Source of the DNA: Lingula anatina
Taxonomy: Eukaryota > Animalia > Brachiopoda
Assembly: GCA_051362555.1 (NCBI GenBank)
Contig: CM120640.1
Coordinates: 1,302,001 to 1,366,000 of the forward strand
Length of the DNA stretch: 64,000 bases
Reading direction: 5' to 3'
The notes under the pieces were generated by a model that saw only the letters and a list, made by a program, of their open reading frames with translations, was not told where the DNA came from and did not search any database. How positions within the stretch are numbered: position 1 is the first letter of the stretch; the number at the start of each line of letters is the position of its first letter. Both the position numbers and the translations under genes were made by a program. Below, one piece after another: positions 1 through 13,888 of the stretch.

Positions 1-417
1 CATTTTATCAAAGTGTTAACTCTAGACACCTGTATCATTTTATCAAAGTGTTAACTCTAGACACCTGTACCATTTTATCAAAGTATTAACTCCAGACACC
101 TGTATCATTTTATCAAGGTGTTAACTCTAGACACCTGTATCATTTTATCAAAGTGTTAACTCTAGACGCCTGTATCATTTTATCAAAGTGTAAACTTTAG
201 ACGCCTGTATCATTTTATCAAAGTGTTAACTCTAGTCACCTGTATCATTTTATCACGGTGTTAACTCTAGACACCTGTATCATTTTATCAGGGTGTTAAC
301 TCTAGACACCTGTACCATCTTATCAAAGTGTTAACTCTAGACACCTGTATCATTTTATCAAAGTGTTAACTCTAGACACCTGTATCATTTTATCAAGGTG
401 TTAACTCTAGACACCTG
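1..417. repeat. 35-bp minisatellite (CATTTTATCAAAGTGTTAACTCTAGACACCTGTAT), ~12 copies, truncated by the window start
   Basis: Head-to-tail units with few substitutions and no unique spacers. Confidence 0.97.
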
Positions 418-2058
418 AATGCTACAGTGTTTATAGCACCTGCAGTCTTCAGCGCCAGCACAAATTAAGCAGAAAAGTGGAAGTTCTGATAAAAAGATTC
501 ATGATCTCTCATTTAAGCTTTCATTAGCACAATCTTTATGTTGATTATATTGCTTCACGTTGACTTGCTTTGTATTTTCAGCACAAATATTGGCACAAAA
601 ATCAATGGGCAAGGGATTACGCCTGATCCAAAGTGGCATCCCATTGTTATTATTGACATACAAAGTAAAGCGACTGGTTGGATATGGAATTAAGAATGCA
701 ATGCATGTAGTTTATTAGTTCAGTTCATTTCCTGACTTTATGAAGTTTTAATTGCATTCTTAGTGTTGTCTTAGACAGATAATATTGCCATAAAGCTTCC
801 CATCAATTGCTCACCTGGATGTCACCTGCTTGCTACTGGGGACTCCTTGGGGATATTTCCTATAAAGTCTTATATATATATTTATATATATACTAGATAG
901 GAATCCTATAGGACGTTGTCTAGAATTTCTTTTGAGTCCAGTAGAATTCCTACAAAGTACTATGGAGTCAAATACAAGTAAAGAAATAATTTTGGGACAA
1001 TTTTTTTATCACCCCCCCCCCCACATGTTTATGACATTTGAAACAAGATATTTTGTTATCTTAATAAACATATTGTGCTGCAAACAGTTTTGTAAATGAC
1101 TCAGATTTAAGATTTTGGTTATTTCTTTCATCTAGCAGCAAGTGTACCCGTACTTCACTTGCCTTCTTAAATACAGGAGGATGAAACTTGTTTTATCAAC
1201 ACTGTCCTCCTATATTATTAATAGCTCTTATTTTGTAGCAATTCTTACATTTTCTTAGGTGATTTTTATATGAAATTAGAGTAGAATACAGAAGTGTATC
1301 ATTGATTCCAATTCATTTTGCCTTGAGCCCACTTCAGTTAGTGGTCTGGATTAGGAATAGCATTCCCACTGCTTTGCTTTTTATTGATCTTCAGTTTTTC
1401 TATTCTGTCTTCCCATTCTATTTGCAGAGCTCCCCCACGAGACATCAATCCAATTTCCTCAGTTAGTCAGCTCCACAGTGGGGACCTTAGACTTCACTCT
1501 CTGCTGTAGAATTGTCTAGACAGCTAGCAGGACATGAGACACCAACACAAGACTTCAACTGGTTTGGGTCAAATGACATCACCAGACATGCACATTTGTA
1601 ATCAGTGATTTAGGAATCCTCTGCTCAGCAGGAGACCAGTCTCCCCCATATTGATTCTGCCTTGTTTAGTATACCCAGGGGAGTGAAGTATACCCAGGGG
1701 AATGGAGTCATGCACAGGGGAGGCACCACTGGGCAGAGACTCCATATGACAGTGACACCATATCACATATACACCATATCACAGAGACGTCATATATCAG
1801 TTTGTCTATTTGTCGTTTAGAACTTAACTAGTCCAAGTCGACGTTTGTTTCTGAAGACACCTACAATGAAATGGAATTAATGGAAATCATCCAAGACAGC
1901 TCAGAGTTGCCCAGCCTATTTCACAGTCAAGTGAGAATTCACAGGATTTAGAATAAAATGGGATCAGAAATAATGGCAGCTCAGGAAATGTGGGGCATCT
2001 ACAAGTAAAAGCTGACGATTTATCCATGGATATTTATTAGTTGTTTCCTCTTGAATTA

Positions 2059-2283
2059 GACCCCATTCCCATAGATTTTAGATCGATCTATCCCTGTGGG
2101 AAGTCTCACTAGATTACTGTCAGCTTAGCCGGCTTAAGCGTCTGTCCTGCCTACTAAAAGCTGTAAGGGGGTAATTAACTATGGTGCGGGCTCGGCTGAC
2201 TGCAATTTAGTGTGAACCCCTAGGGAGTTAGGTCGATCTAAATCTAAATCTCTGGATCGATCTAAATCTCTGGGAATGCACCC
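2059..2283. mobile_element. Fold-back MITE, PIF/Harbinger-like
   Basis: CATTCCCATAGATTTTAGATCGATC (2064-2088) is inverted relative to GATCGATCTAAATCTCTGGGAATG (2255-2278). Inner arms CACTAGATTACTGTCAGC / GCTGACTGCAATTTAGTG also pair. TTA flanks both sides (2056-2058, 2284-2286). No ORF. Confidence 0.75.
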
Positions 2284-2655
2284 TTACAGTCTAATGCACA
2301 ACAGAACATATTCCCATCTTTTCATGTAGCTTTCATATAGCATTCTTAGAAAGCATTCCAAACACATAGTTTCATCCCTATTACTGAAAAAGTAACCCCA
2401 CATCAGGCAGATTCTTATACCTGTACATTTTCATTTCGTATGACATCACAGTGCCAACAGCCTCATTATCATCTCGGATGATTTCCATTATAGTATAATG
2501 ATTATGAACCGTAGTCCTACTGGTGCGCCCTGAGTTACACGGGGTACTGGGGCCTGGTTCGTGAGCCCCACCCTCCACACACCTCTGTTGATCCCATTTC
2601 CTGTACCCTGTAATCTCTGTAACTCTGGGTCCACCAGAACGACAAGTTTGAAAAT

Positions 2656-2896
2656 GCCCCCTGTGAAAATCTGTCTCATTTAACGCTCACTTATGGTTCT
2701 CAATCTGCTCTAGAACATAATGTTTTTTCTCTTTTAATGAAAAATGTTCTTAATCTGTTCTAGGACATTCTGAAGGACTTCCCCAAAAACAGTTCTCGAA
2801 CTGTTACATAGATTACAGAACAACATAAAAACTTTAAAAAAAGATGTTCTAGAATATATTGAGAACCGTAAAATGAGACAAATTTTCGCAGGGGGC
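2656..2896. mobile_element. MITE with long imperfect terminal inverted repeats
   Basis: Left end GCCCCCTGTGAAAATCTGTCTCATTTAACG..GGTTCTCAATCTGCTCTAGAACAT matches the reverse complement of the right end, GCCCCCTGCGAAAATTTGTCTCATTTTACGGTTCTCAATATATTCTAGAACAT. No clear target-site duplication. Confidence 0.8.
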
Positions 2897-5258
2897 TCTT
2901 TGTTCATTATACACACAGTTATAATGCAGAGGATATTAGATTAGTCATTCCCCAAGTAAACATTCTATCAAGTACTTCATCATCAGTTATTATAGCTTTT
3001 GCAGCACAGTTAGTATACACAGTGTAGGATAAATACTGCTTATAATTATACACAGTACACCACAGTAGCTGTGGTCATATAATTTATACTGGGCATAGCA
3101 CAAATTATTCCTTATTATTCATTGTTAAGTTAAATAATGTGTAGTGTCGTTGTCATACATGAAATGTATTTATATCGTGTAATTTAAGATATCATATAAA
3201 AGGTGCTTTAAAATTATTTATCATTTGCCGCTCAAACCACTTGCTACAGTGATATTTGTTGGTAGCAAAAGTGATAGTGGAAAATCTTAGATCTATTATG
3301 GAGTAAGTGTGATTGTGTTTGTCTACGTGTACAGTACAGTAAATGTGAGTATACAGTAGCTTCCACGAGCTGCAATACTGGTACATGTAGCTATAGATCA
3401 AAAGTTCTGGAAACAACGTTGTTTCAGGCGCTGACTCACACCTTAGGGACAGATTAGCTGAGGAGGGGGAAATCTCCATCGAAATGCTTTTTGAAATTGG
3501 TTAAGCGTTGTCAAGGAGAATGCCCCAGTGTGTTTTATCACGGCGGCGAGGGTGATTGCAAAAATTTTTTTAAAAAATTCAACTGAGCAGGGAAAAAGCT
3601 ACCCTGAGTTTTGTTCTAGCGAGGGTTTCCTGCACTTCCAATAACGTCCAGTGCGTGCAAGAAGGGAATTCGTAGCCTTCGTTTTAATCCAGATATGGCA
3701 CCTGTTCTTTCATAATGAGGGGTCATTTAGGTGGTCACTCGGTTCCCTAGTGACCTGTCCACCAGTGATGTCCCCAACGTGAGCCGCAGCGTCCTGTACA
3801 TTTAATGCGACGTTTGCACGCGCCTTTGTCATCTGAGTTGCTGGTTTAAGTATTAAGATATTGTTATATTTTATATTGTCCGCTTTGAGATATTTTATCT
3901 TTTTATTGTACAGGTATTACGTATGTAATTATCTTCATCTAGGTGTTTGGACGAATAATTGTCCTAAGCTTGTGATAATGCTATTTGCTCGGATGAAATG
4001 AAAACCGTCATTTATGTGATCTGGGGTGCAGGTTGTTGCCACGCTGTGTTGACGTCAACGCTTTAGTCTGTAAGAAATCGCCACGTTGTACATTGTAAGT
4101 GCGTGTGCAAGACGACCAATTCGTGACGTGTGTACGTGCCTAGAATGGCAAATCATTTCCTGTTTTCAGGAAAAGATCAAGAGTACTCAATCAAAATTAC
4201 TGAGAAATTGTCGGTGGCTTGGCGTTTTACACGACATTTTTATGATAAATGAGGCTTGCGTTTTTTTCTGATATGACCATTATTTTAACTTTATTATTTA
4301 TAAGATCTCTTATCTTTTCGGAAGACTATGTATTTCTTTACATGGAGAGTGTCTTTAAAATGCAATAAATATTTACTAATTCAGTTTTGTTTGTGGGGCA
4401 GTATTATAAGTTTTTGCACATTGCAAAGTAGAGGATGTCAAAAAACAAAGGAAATAACGTATAAATAACCCGCGTTTGAAGTGGGATTTTGAGCCTATTA
4501 TTCATGGAATTGAACTGTCATTAATATTAATTTAAAATATTAATGTTTCTCCCTCACTCTCTGAAGCAGACTCCGTGGAACACTGAGAATACTCGCTTAT
4601 AAGTTCGATTTTTTTTTAAAAATAAAGACAATAGTAAGAAGAAACGTTATAAAGGCATCATTATTCGTGTACTTATGCTAGCTAGCCCTGTATTTGATAT
4701 GAATGAAAAAAATTCAAGCACGCCTGGTTTCTGCCGTGATTAACTGCCTCACTATTCTGGGTTTAGTCAAGTACCGCTGCAGTACGGAAGAACAGACTTA
4801 AACATTTGCACTAATCGTGGTTGAGATTCCGCTTGACGTACATCCGTCTTCTCTACTGCAATAGTTGTCAATGCTTTTTATTGCATGTTGTAATTAAACT
4901 AAATTCTGAGGTTCATTTTGTGAATGCCAGATATGTTATTAAGGCATTTGGAATGTATTAATTTCATGAAAAGAAGGTTTTCTTAAGGATGGTTTACAGG
5001 ATTCTGTATTGTTAATTAAGTTCAGAACCGCTTTTAGTAGAAACGTTATAACACTACAAGCTGTTTAATGAGTTATTACAAATGAACTTAATTGTTTCTG
5101 CATTTTGTCTACAAATATGTTAGTTTTATTTGAGAAGAAAGTAGTATTTTGTCTGAGAAAGTCAGCAGTCAGCAGCGTGCGCTAGGCTTAATTTATTCAA
5201 GTTTGTTTTTATGGAACTACCAGTACATAATGGAACAAGTGTTTAAACTGTGAGCGGT

Positions 5259-5259
<1 letters not shown>

Positions 5260-5311
<52 letters not shown>
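5260..5311. repeat. (TTA)n microsatellite
   Basis: About 17 perfect triplets. Confidence 0.95.
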
Positions 5312-5744
5312 GGGTACTTAATTCCATGTTCATTAAATTTTGGTGCTATATTCTATTCTGGGGCACCCGTTAAAATCAGAGAGCAAGTTCAAAAAAAAAA
5401 AAAAAAAAAAACTTTCAATCAAGGTTGAAATTTAAAAACAATAGGAATTTACCTGTTATAAGACATTGCATTAAATGTACAAATTTTAGATAAATTTTCT
5501 GTTCCTGTTGTTCTAAAATAATAATTACCAGCTTATTACAAACACTGTCCAAGTTATGTGTATGCTCGGCACTGGCCCCGTGTGGTGCCTGGAAGATGTG
5601 TAATGGAGTAAATAAAAGAAAACTATTAATCTCGAAAAAATACACGTCTTGGGTAAATTCTTTAGGCATTGAGGCCAATAGTTTACAAATCATTTTGTGT
5701 AAATAGCAAATTTGACCTTTTAAGTGGTTTTTTGAAATGAGATC

Positions 5745-5830
5745 GTTCGGAAGCAAAATGCGCCTGCGCGTTACTAGGACCTCGCCATTATTGTTACGGG
5801 AAATCGACCAACCTGTTACATGCGCAGGCC
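5745..5830 (-). promoter_or_regulatory. Putative housekeeping-type promoter (NRF1-, YY1- and ETS-like motifs)
   Basis: TGCGCCTGCGCG (5759-5770), CATGCGCAGG (~5819-5828), CGCCATTATT (YY1-like ATAATGGCG on minus) and CGGAAG, in a CpG-rich patch. Confidence 0.4.
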
Positions 5831-6626
5831 TTTGTACCTATTCACAGTGCGTGATTTTAGGTCTTTGTTGTTACCCCAGGCTAGTCATGATCCACGCGTT
5901 GATAAACATGTAATGGGGGGTTAAGTCCATATGTTTTAACTATGATCTTTATTTTACGTGTATACTGCAATAAAAACAGACTAAGATACTTACAAAAATT
6001 GCAGCTTTCATGGAACTAAGAAGTCTACCTATCTATTATTTCGGTACTAGTTGTAATTAAAATATAAACATAAAAATGCAACTGGAATTCAAAAGTGAAC
6101 TGTTTAGATAGAAAAGAAAAAATTGAGCAAACGTGAAGTATGCAATAGCGTTGAGCAACGTGAATTGGTTTGATTTGGTTTGGTGTAGAGATCTGATATG
6201 GTGAGATCTACGAAAATGTTGAGCTTAATACAGGCTCAGCCACACTTGTAAAATACGAAATACATAGAGTGAGCAATATACAAGTTTGCATGAGTTATAA
6301 CGTAGCTCCTCTAACAATACTCGAGAAACCTCTTCTCGAAGTATTGTGAACGCTACAGTTTTGATCCCAAGACTGCATTTACAAAAAGGTTATTTATGAC
6401 ATCACTGATGGAATGATTCTGCAGTAAAGGCACGTCATAGCGACATCACAGTCTCTTGATCAGCTGCTTTTAAAGCTTAAATAGTCTGTACAGTTAAATG
6501 AATATTTTACAATGACATTAATGAGTCTTTGTGTTGAGCGTTCTGATGGACGTGGTAACTGGCTCGTGCAGTTCATCTCACTGATATCCTCGTTGTCTTC
6601 ACAGAATTGCCGAGAAACGAAACTGT

Positions 6627-8195
6627 TTATCTGTTGAAAGATCTCCATTTCACAAGATCGCTGGGTGGAATGCCAAACTTCAGTTTTCTGTTATCTGTTT
6701 CTCTACTGAAAAAATATCCACAGGTTGGTTTGGCGAGTGTCCCGAATGGAGCGAGAGTGTTTCCTTTCGTCACTCTCGAAGGTGGCTCAGCGGTGATAAG
6801 CCCGATGCCCCGCGTTCCCGTGGGGGTTGGTTCGGCCCAGGAGTACATGGACACGGACTCAGGGGCGGGAGAGGAGGTCTCGGAGTTGTTCCCTAGCAGA
6901 GAGATGTTTGCTCTCGCTAGCGGATCAGGCTCCTTCGGCTGTTGGCGGAAAATGTTGTAGCGCGAATACCTTAAAGAAAATAGAAAAGTTAATTTCCTCA
7001 GCTGTATTTATGTTATAAAGATAAAGTAATTTTTCTTCAATCAACAGCCAAACATCACCTTAAAAGAGGCTATTCACCTGGGAAGCCTCCTATCCTGCTG
7101 AAGATGCTCTCACAGACATCGACATATTGGAGGTGAACCATTTCAATATTCAGCTTCTGATTGAAGAAAAATTACCTTTTCCAGAAAAGATACCTGTTTA
7201 ATTCACCACTAATCATTAAATTATCTCCAATTACCAACTCGTTTGTTCATTATAAAAAAAATTAACATCTTTTTTCTGATAGAAATAAGCATAGCAGGCC
7301 TATGACTTAAAATTTAATAAAAAAAAAAAACAATACTCGCAGTTGTGGTATTTTATCGAAAGCTGTGTCTTTATCATCGAATAAGAGAGTTGTAAAGTTC
7401 CTACTGTTCTTAAATTGAAAATGAAGTTACATCGACGTAGCAGCTTTGGTTTCTATGGTCATGAAGTTATATGATATAACACTGTTCTCAATCAAAGTTC
7501 TTTTGTTATTACGGAATTCGATCAATAAAATTGGCAGAGAAGTTGATTATAGCGGTCACGGGTGTTATACGGTGCCTTTGAGCACAGCTAATATAGATAA
7601 AACACGAAAACATTTTGGATGTAGAAGTGTGATGAAATTAACCATAGGTTAGATTATCATTTCTTTTTCTAAAATTATGAAAAGAAGTGCTATTGAACAG
7701 TGTCTTAACTAATGTAGTTTATATTACAAAACTGTAAGTGATCAAGTTCACATCTGCCTCTATATTTTCCATTCACTTTATCTCTAATGTATAATTTTGA
7801 TATCACCCGTGTATTTTTAAAGTTAGACGTGTGATGTCAGTCAGGCTGAACACCCGATAACCCCCTCCCAGAGATGGGATGTACGTGTGTTACGACATAC
7901 TTTGTGTTTGCTTAGATATTAAATCATGATAATTTATATCTAAACGCCATAGGAACAAGAACAACAGCCCGTTACAACCGGCTCAAGCTCGTCTTAACTT
8001 GGGGTATGGCCATAGTTTGGGACCCAGAAGAAAACGTGCCCAGTGCCATGTTTGTTTCTCTTACCTGTTTTCCAGACCAAGGGACCTCAGCCTCAAGGTC
8101 TCCAGGCGTTCATAAGTTACAGTTCTGGCGTCCGGATTAAACGAATGAACGTGTGGAGCCATTAACTGTAACTCTTGTTGTCCTCCTACGCCCAT
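6627..8195 (-). CDS. CIMIP3: CIMIP3/GUCA1ANB-like ciliary microtubule inner protein, 157 aa; exons 8195-8065 and 6969-6627
   Basis: ATG at 8195, donor CAG|GTAAG at 8065/8064 (phase 2), acceptor TTTTCTTTAAG| at 6970/6969, frame open to TAA at 6627. The C-terminus NTLAPFGTLAKPTCGYFFSRETDNRKLKFGIPPSDLVKWRS matches my recollection of the CIMIP3 motif [38 protein letters not shown]. Confidence 0.8.
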
Positions 8196-8435
8196 GTTCC
8201 CCGAGTATCTCTAGCCGCGACGATGTTGTTCAATCTGTGGCTAAAGTCTACGAACCTTGCCTCCCGTGTACTAACTGTTTACACGCTAGCACTGCCTATA
8301 GTTTGTGCCTTGGATTGCGTTGTTGAGGTTGGATTTACCTTTCGTCTCGATGAAAGGAGTTTGATTGATACGATTTTCTGGCCCAATAAGCAGCGTAGCG
8401 AGGAGAGGGCCCGGGTCACGGTGTTGTTACTGCGA

Positions 8436-8510
8436 CGTCGTTGTTAGGTGAGCGGCGCATTGCAATATGCGCAGCAGTGGCCTACTATGACGTCAACAAT
8501 AGCGACCGGT
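8436..8510 (-). promoter_or_regulatory. Putative promoter of the CIMIP3-like gene (CRE plus X-box-like half sites)
   Basis: Perfect CRE palindrome TGACGTCA at 8488-8495, with GTTGTTAGG and ATAGCGAC half-sites. No minus-strand ATG between 8196 and ~8457, consistent with a 5'UTR. Confidence 0.5.
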
Positions 8511-9606
8511 TTGTTGGCAGTGCTGGCGATCATTGAACTGGGAAATATTGGCCTTATCAGTTTGAAAAGATATTAAGATTAATGAGTTTAACATATTGAA
8601 AAAAGTAATTGAGATTTCAAAGATAAGTCATTTATACAGTAAATTAGCTTTCTGAGCTTTTTGCATGCTTTATCGCATGTCACTTTTCTCATATAGACTA
8701 AACTAAATTGTTTTTTTACGTTCCTGATCAACCAGAGTCACACCAAAGTGCGGTAGTTGTGCTTGAAAGCCGTGCTTCTGTTGTTCCCTGTATTCAGTGC
8801 ACAATCACCACAGTTAATAAACTCAATTCTCTCTGCTCATCATCATCATCGTCGTTATGTGGTTACGGTGCAGACTATGTGCATGAACTTATGAAAAACA
8901 AGATCCAAGCTCTTAATATTTCATAACCATCAAATCTCTTGGTTTAACGTTTATCTAATTTTCCGCATGTTGATTTTGAGCAATATCAATGTTATTTGCC
9001 TGACAGCTAATATTTAAAAATCAACAACATATCAGAGAGACAAGAATGCAGCATTTTAATTTTCGGAAAAAATAAAAAGAACCAAAAGCTAATGATGAGG
9101 TAATGATGGAAAAATGTCCATTATGTTAATATATAGCTCAAATAGCTGAAAAGCTTGCGGGCACATTTACATACGGTTTCCATTTAATTAAAACTTCCTT
9201 TGCCTTTTTTACACCCAGACGGCAAACATAGTCATCGAGTGACACAAAGAACGCTACTGATATCAGAAAATCTTAGATAATCCATCGTTCAGATACACTC
9301 ACTGAAGTCCAGCGTCTCTAAGTAGCGGGGCTCCTGTGAGTTATTTTCACCCACGAACTGCCACCAACCCTCTCCTCGTCCTCGCCAGCGTTCTACATGT
9401 ACCGAAACGTAGTCATACATGAGGGATATGAAGCAGATAAAACCGGAATTAAAGCAATGGAGAAGTGGCCTCGCGGAAATAATGAAGGACAGACGTGTAG
9501 GAATATTTCAATACACAGATGACTTTGCGTTAAAATGATTCCAAATATAACATAATGGAGAAGCGTTGTCGCACTCCTTGGCTCACTAAAGAAAGAAAAT
9601 GCGTAT

Positions 9607-9633
<27 letters not shown>
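9607..9633. repeat. (GA)n microsatellite
   Basis: Direct reading. Confidence 0.9.
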
Positions 9634-9637
<4 letters not shown>

Positions 9638-12600
9638 TTAAGGAAGGGGAAGTTTTTGTGCCAATTTTTCCTCACTCTTCTAACCAATTTCTCGACGCTA
9701 GCATGCGTGGGTCAAAGTTATAACTGTCTTCTTTAATTCACCTCGATATAAGTGTCATTCAAAGTGGAATTCCTGTCCGTATTTTGATATCCCGTAATCA
9801 GTCGGTTGTTTTTATCAATTTTGCTCACAACAGGGCAATAATGAAATTTGCAGATATTGTTCCCCGCCACGCGATTTGTCTTATTTTAAAGTTGTGGTCT
9901 GGCCAAGCCGCAGAGAGGGTTTTAAGTTGTCGGTGCCACACACAGGGTTGATTAATGGTATTTGTAGCGTATTGTGATTAAAATGTAGTAAGAATACTTA
10001 AAAAAACAAAAACAAAAACAAAACAATTTTGTCCGAGGAGAACGGGGTGTGGGGTAGAAGAGGTAGAATTCAACTAATAAGCCACCTCCCAAAGTTAAAG
10101 TACACTTGTACCCTTTGGAAAAATATTGTGTTAGAAAAAAATCTGCTGCGAAAACAAAAATTAATAGTTTCAAAATTGAAATAGAACTCCTCCAATTGCA
10201 ACACACGCCATGTAGACTGTAACTGTCAACAGAGAAGTGTCACTGCCCTGACACGTTGACACGACCCGGTGGGGTCAAACTAGGAGTGACATGCCTCGAG
10301 TTCACGACATCCAGACGTTATTAACAAGACGAAGGCAACAAATAAATACCGGCACAACGCGAAACAATGTAACGCTCACTTCAAGTTAAATACGGTCACA
10401 TAAGTTACGGAAAACGTAAATCACAGTGACACTTGAGATATTGAGTTTTGTATTTTTTTCTTGAACAAAGGTCAAGAAAATTAGTGAAAGGACAAAGACT
10501 GAAGGGTGTGGGGCACTATTCATTAAATACTTGACGTACTAGAAATCCAAATCATAGAGGTTCGTGAAATCAGTTTTTCTTCTTAAATAAACGTATGGCA
10601 CGACTGTATAAAGAGGTGGCATTTGACAGAGAGAGAAAGAGAGAGAGAGACAGAGAAAGAGGGAGAGAGAGAGAAGAAGAAGAGAAAGAGATGGAGGGAG
10701 AGAGAAAAAAGATCCCACCCTTTGACCCAGACAAGAGACCTAACATACTATCATACCCAGTAGCTCTTTCCCGCCACTCTACAGTGTCTACCACACATAG
10801 AGCCAGCGGCGTTACTGCGTGCAGCCATCGTGTGAAGAATTAATCTTTTAACACACTTCAGTCAACAGAAACAAATTGATATTAAGACAATTGCGCCCCT
10901 TAGTGACTTTCACCGCTAATATTTCATCCCTGATGCGGCTGCACTCTGTCACCTGAAAGCCTCGGGGTCACCTACTGAGATGGGGGCAAGAGATGTGATG
11001 AGAAATGAACATCTAACCCAATAGAAAAATTGATATTAGCAGACAGTAGTTCATGTGTGTGTGTGTGTGTTTGTGTGTGTGTGTGCGTGCGTGCGCGTGT
11101 GTATGTGTGAGGTGTGCGTGTGCGAGGGGGAGGGGAAGGTTGTGATGCGACGCTGCCTGAAAGTAAATCAATCAAATAGAAAGTGTGCCACAAACTGCAC
11201 CTAATAAAAACGTGATTTTTGCAGTTAAGCATCAAGCATCAAGTTGATGCCATAGGAACAACGTTCTTTACTGTAGCATACAAGCATCTTGTTTTCAAAA
11301 GGAGGATAGATGGAAAATGTTCCCTATCAATTAAGGGAAAAGTGATCGTGCACTCCAGTGGCAATTAATTACGATAGATTACAGGTGGGAGCACTTGTAA
11401 CGGAAACGCAAACAGTCCATCACACTAAAATACAGCACTTCTTTATCACCAGGCGCACTAAATGCAGGTATTACATGACAAATATCAACTCAGACAAGCC
11501 GCTAATGGGTGGCAGTGCCAATGTTTCTAAATAATTGTGGCTACAAATAACTAGAAATAACTTTCCATCTTCAGCGTATCTTTTAACAATAGTAACTCAC
11601 AAGGAACTATCCCGTCAAATTTATCCGTAAACTGAAGATTGTTCGTATGTGCACACAGTGCGGTCGCCGGGGGTGACGCGATAAGCCCGGGGCAGTGCCT
11701 CACTGTCTTCCCACGTCAACATCTCTAACCGCACACTGCCTTCCCCTGCATAGCAACACGTCTTCCTGACCCAACATAACGACGCCCTGGGTGAGAAGCG
11801 AGCTGTTCCAATCTGCGTCCGCGATATAAAAAGACAGAGAACTTACTACGCACGCCACGACACCCGGCCGAACGCAGGGGTTGTTACTAAATTTAAGTTT
11901 GACGTAAATGATTATAGAAACGTTGAAATTCCAAACTCCCGTCTATCTGGCCACTGGGCTTCCTGCTTGCTCAATTGTGATGTAACATTTGACTGGGATT
12001 CAAGGGATTTTACGCACTTGCTTTGCCATAAAGCACTCAAAAAAGGAAGAAGAAAGGTAAGTTTTTTATGTGTTTCTTTTTCAAGTAAATTTTTGAAGAG
12101 CCGCTTGAAGCGAAGCAGATGTTATTATTTATACTGGCAAAAAGCCAAACATCTTTGAGCTTGCATTTTGATGTATATACAGTATTTTTTTCAACGTTTG
12201 GGAAGATACATATACTGTAAATACAGATAAAAGTCCGGTTACAAAAATAAAAGTGACATTGCCCGACCTGAGTACCCGTCACTTTTTAAGGCTGCCAGAG
12301 GAGCTAGAGGAGCGCCCGGTGTCGGGTGCACCCGTCCTCTTAAATTAAGCCGACTGGGTTACATAGGAAGAAATAAATTGTTTAATTTGGCCTTTCGTGT
12401 ACCATGAACTTTTTGTATATCTGTTTCAATACTCATAATGTTAACTTTGACAAACGATGAAGCGCTTTAATGTCGTCAAGCACAATCAAATTCAACAACC
12501 AGTCAATGATTCAGTTAGAGACCATTTGGCAGAAATCCTGTTATGTGCGATATGGTGCGTTTCCTAGATTTGGGGAAAGAAAATTAGGCGTATGCACAAC

Positions 12601-12651
12601 AATTATAAGCGTTATGTTTTTGTGAAAGTCTTTCCCTCTCTTTAAAGTCTT

Positions 12652-12654
<3 letters not shown>

Positions 12655-12689
<35 letters not shown>
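12655..12689. repeat. (CT)n microsatellite, preceded by a duplicated AAAGTCTTTCCCTCTCT
   Basis: Direct reading. Confidence 0.9.
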
Positions 12690-12692
<3 letters not shown>

Positions 12693-13837
12693 GCACTATA
12701 ACCGATTAAGGACTATCTTTACCAAGATGATGCGGTCTTCTTTGGGTGTATGTAGAGCAGATGTGTAATTAAGATAAAGATGGCTCAGGTAAGACACACA
12801 CACACACCTTGTATCCCACCTGTCGCATCAGGATGGCTTCTTTGTCACATCTACCTGTCACCTGTCACAGTGTTAACACCCGGCCACGGCCACTCAGGGA
12901 CGCCCTCTTCGCGGTTAATTCATTAAAGGGAAGGGGGTAGCGAAGGGTATAGCCTCTACACCAGGGCCGCAGATTAATTCTGTGCACTTTTTTCCAGCGC
13001 GAGAAATGTGCCATGACTTAACCATTGACATATCTGTGAATATATCTAGTGAAAAATCAATTTTTAGCCCTGGTAGAGGATACGCAGGGTTAGTTTTCAG
13101 GTAAAGTCCATGTTCAATGACTCTTGTTGTCAGGAAAAGGTGTCGATACAATTTTTTTTCCTTTCTTTTTTGGTCTGGCTTATTTACCTCCGGTGTCACG
13201 TGTGACTTTGTTTAGTGCAAAGATCACGTACAGACAGAGTTAATAGAGAAGATCTAGAAAATAGACAAATATAAGACGTGATACCTGTTGCTTAACTCCG
13301 ATACTTATCGCGCACGCCCCTGGAATAACAATGTTTGAAATGGAACTTTTGCTGAAATTAACTGTGTAATTGTCAAACCGTTGAACAGTCTGAAATATTC
13401 GAGAAAACATGATATATAGATTAAAAATTAAAGAATGTTCTTTTAGACAAAGGGCATTAATTCTCTGATCGGCTGACTGGACGGTCAGAATACATTTGTC
13501 ATCCAAGACAATAGTGATATTTGTATGAGTGTACGTATTTCCAAATTGATTAACATATACATTATAGTGGTAGAGTGGCTAGAGAACAGTTTGTGAAACA
13601 CACGTGATGTAGAATAGTTTTTGTACTCCGACTTCTTCTCTCATAGAGTGTAAAATATTGAAGTGCCTTTTCCTAGACTCAGTCATAAATATATATTATT
13701 CACTTGTGTTTACTCACTTCTGATATCTATGGAGATGTTGCATTTCACCCACGTCAGCTTTTTTATCGCCTTAGGTTCGATAAAGTGACTTTCTGATATA
13801 ACAAAAGAATATTCTCCGCCTTACTCACCCTTTCACT

Positions 13838-13839
<2 letters not shown>

Positions 13840-13887
<48 letters not shown>
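13840..13887. repeat. Poly(A) tract, ~48 nt
   Basis: Direct reading. Confidence 0.95.

Positions 13888-13888
<1 letters not shown>

Noticed and set aside
1-417. 35-bp repeats as a CRISPR array
   Set aside because: Units are contiguous with no spacers, there are no cas genes, and the context is eukaryotic.
2421-2660. Minus-strand exon candidate (open frame, CAG|GTATAA donor)
   Set aside because: Its acceptor lies inside the MITE terminal repeat and the peptide is unrecognisable.
6607-6960. 117-aa plus-strand ORF
   Set aside because: Antisense shadow of the second CIMIP3-like exon.
9290-9420. Short minus-strand frame containing WQFVGEN, reminiscent of the CAP GENL motif
   Set aside because: No other CAP residues or neighbouring exons; probably chance.
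10570-11235. ORFs with ERER or THTH runs
   Set aside because: Translations of GA and GT microsatellite-like tracts.
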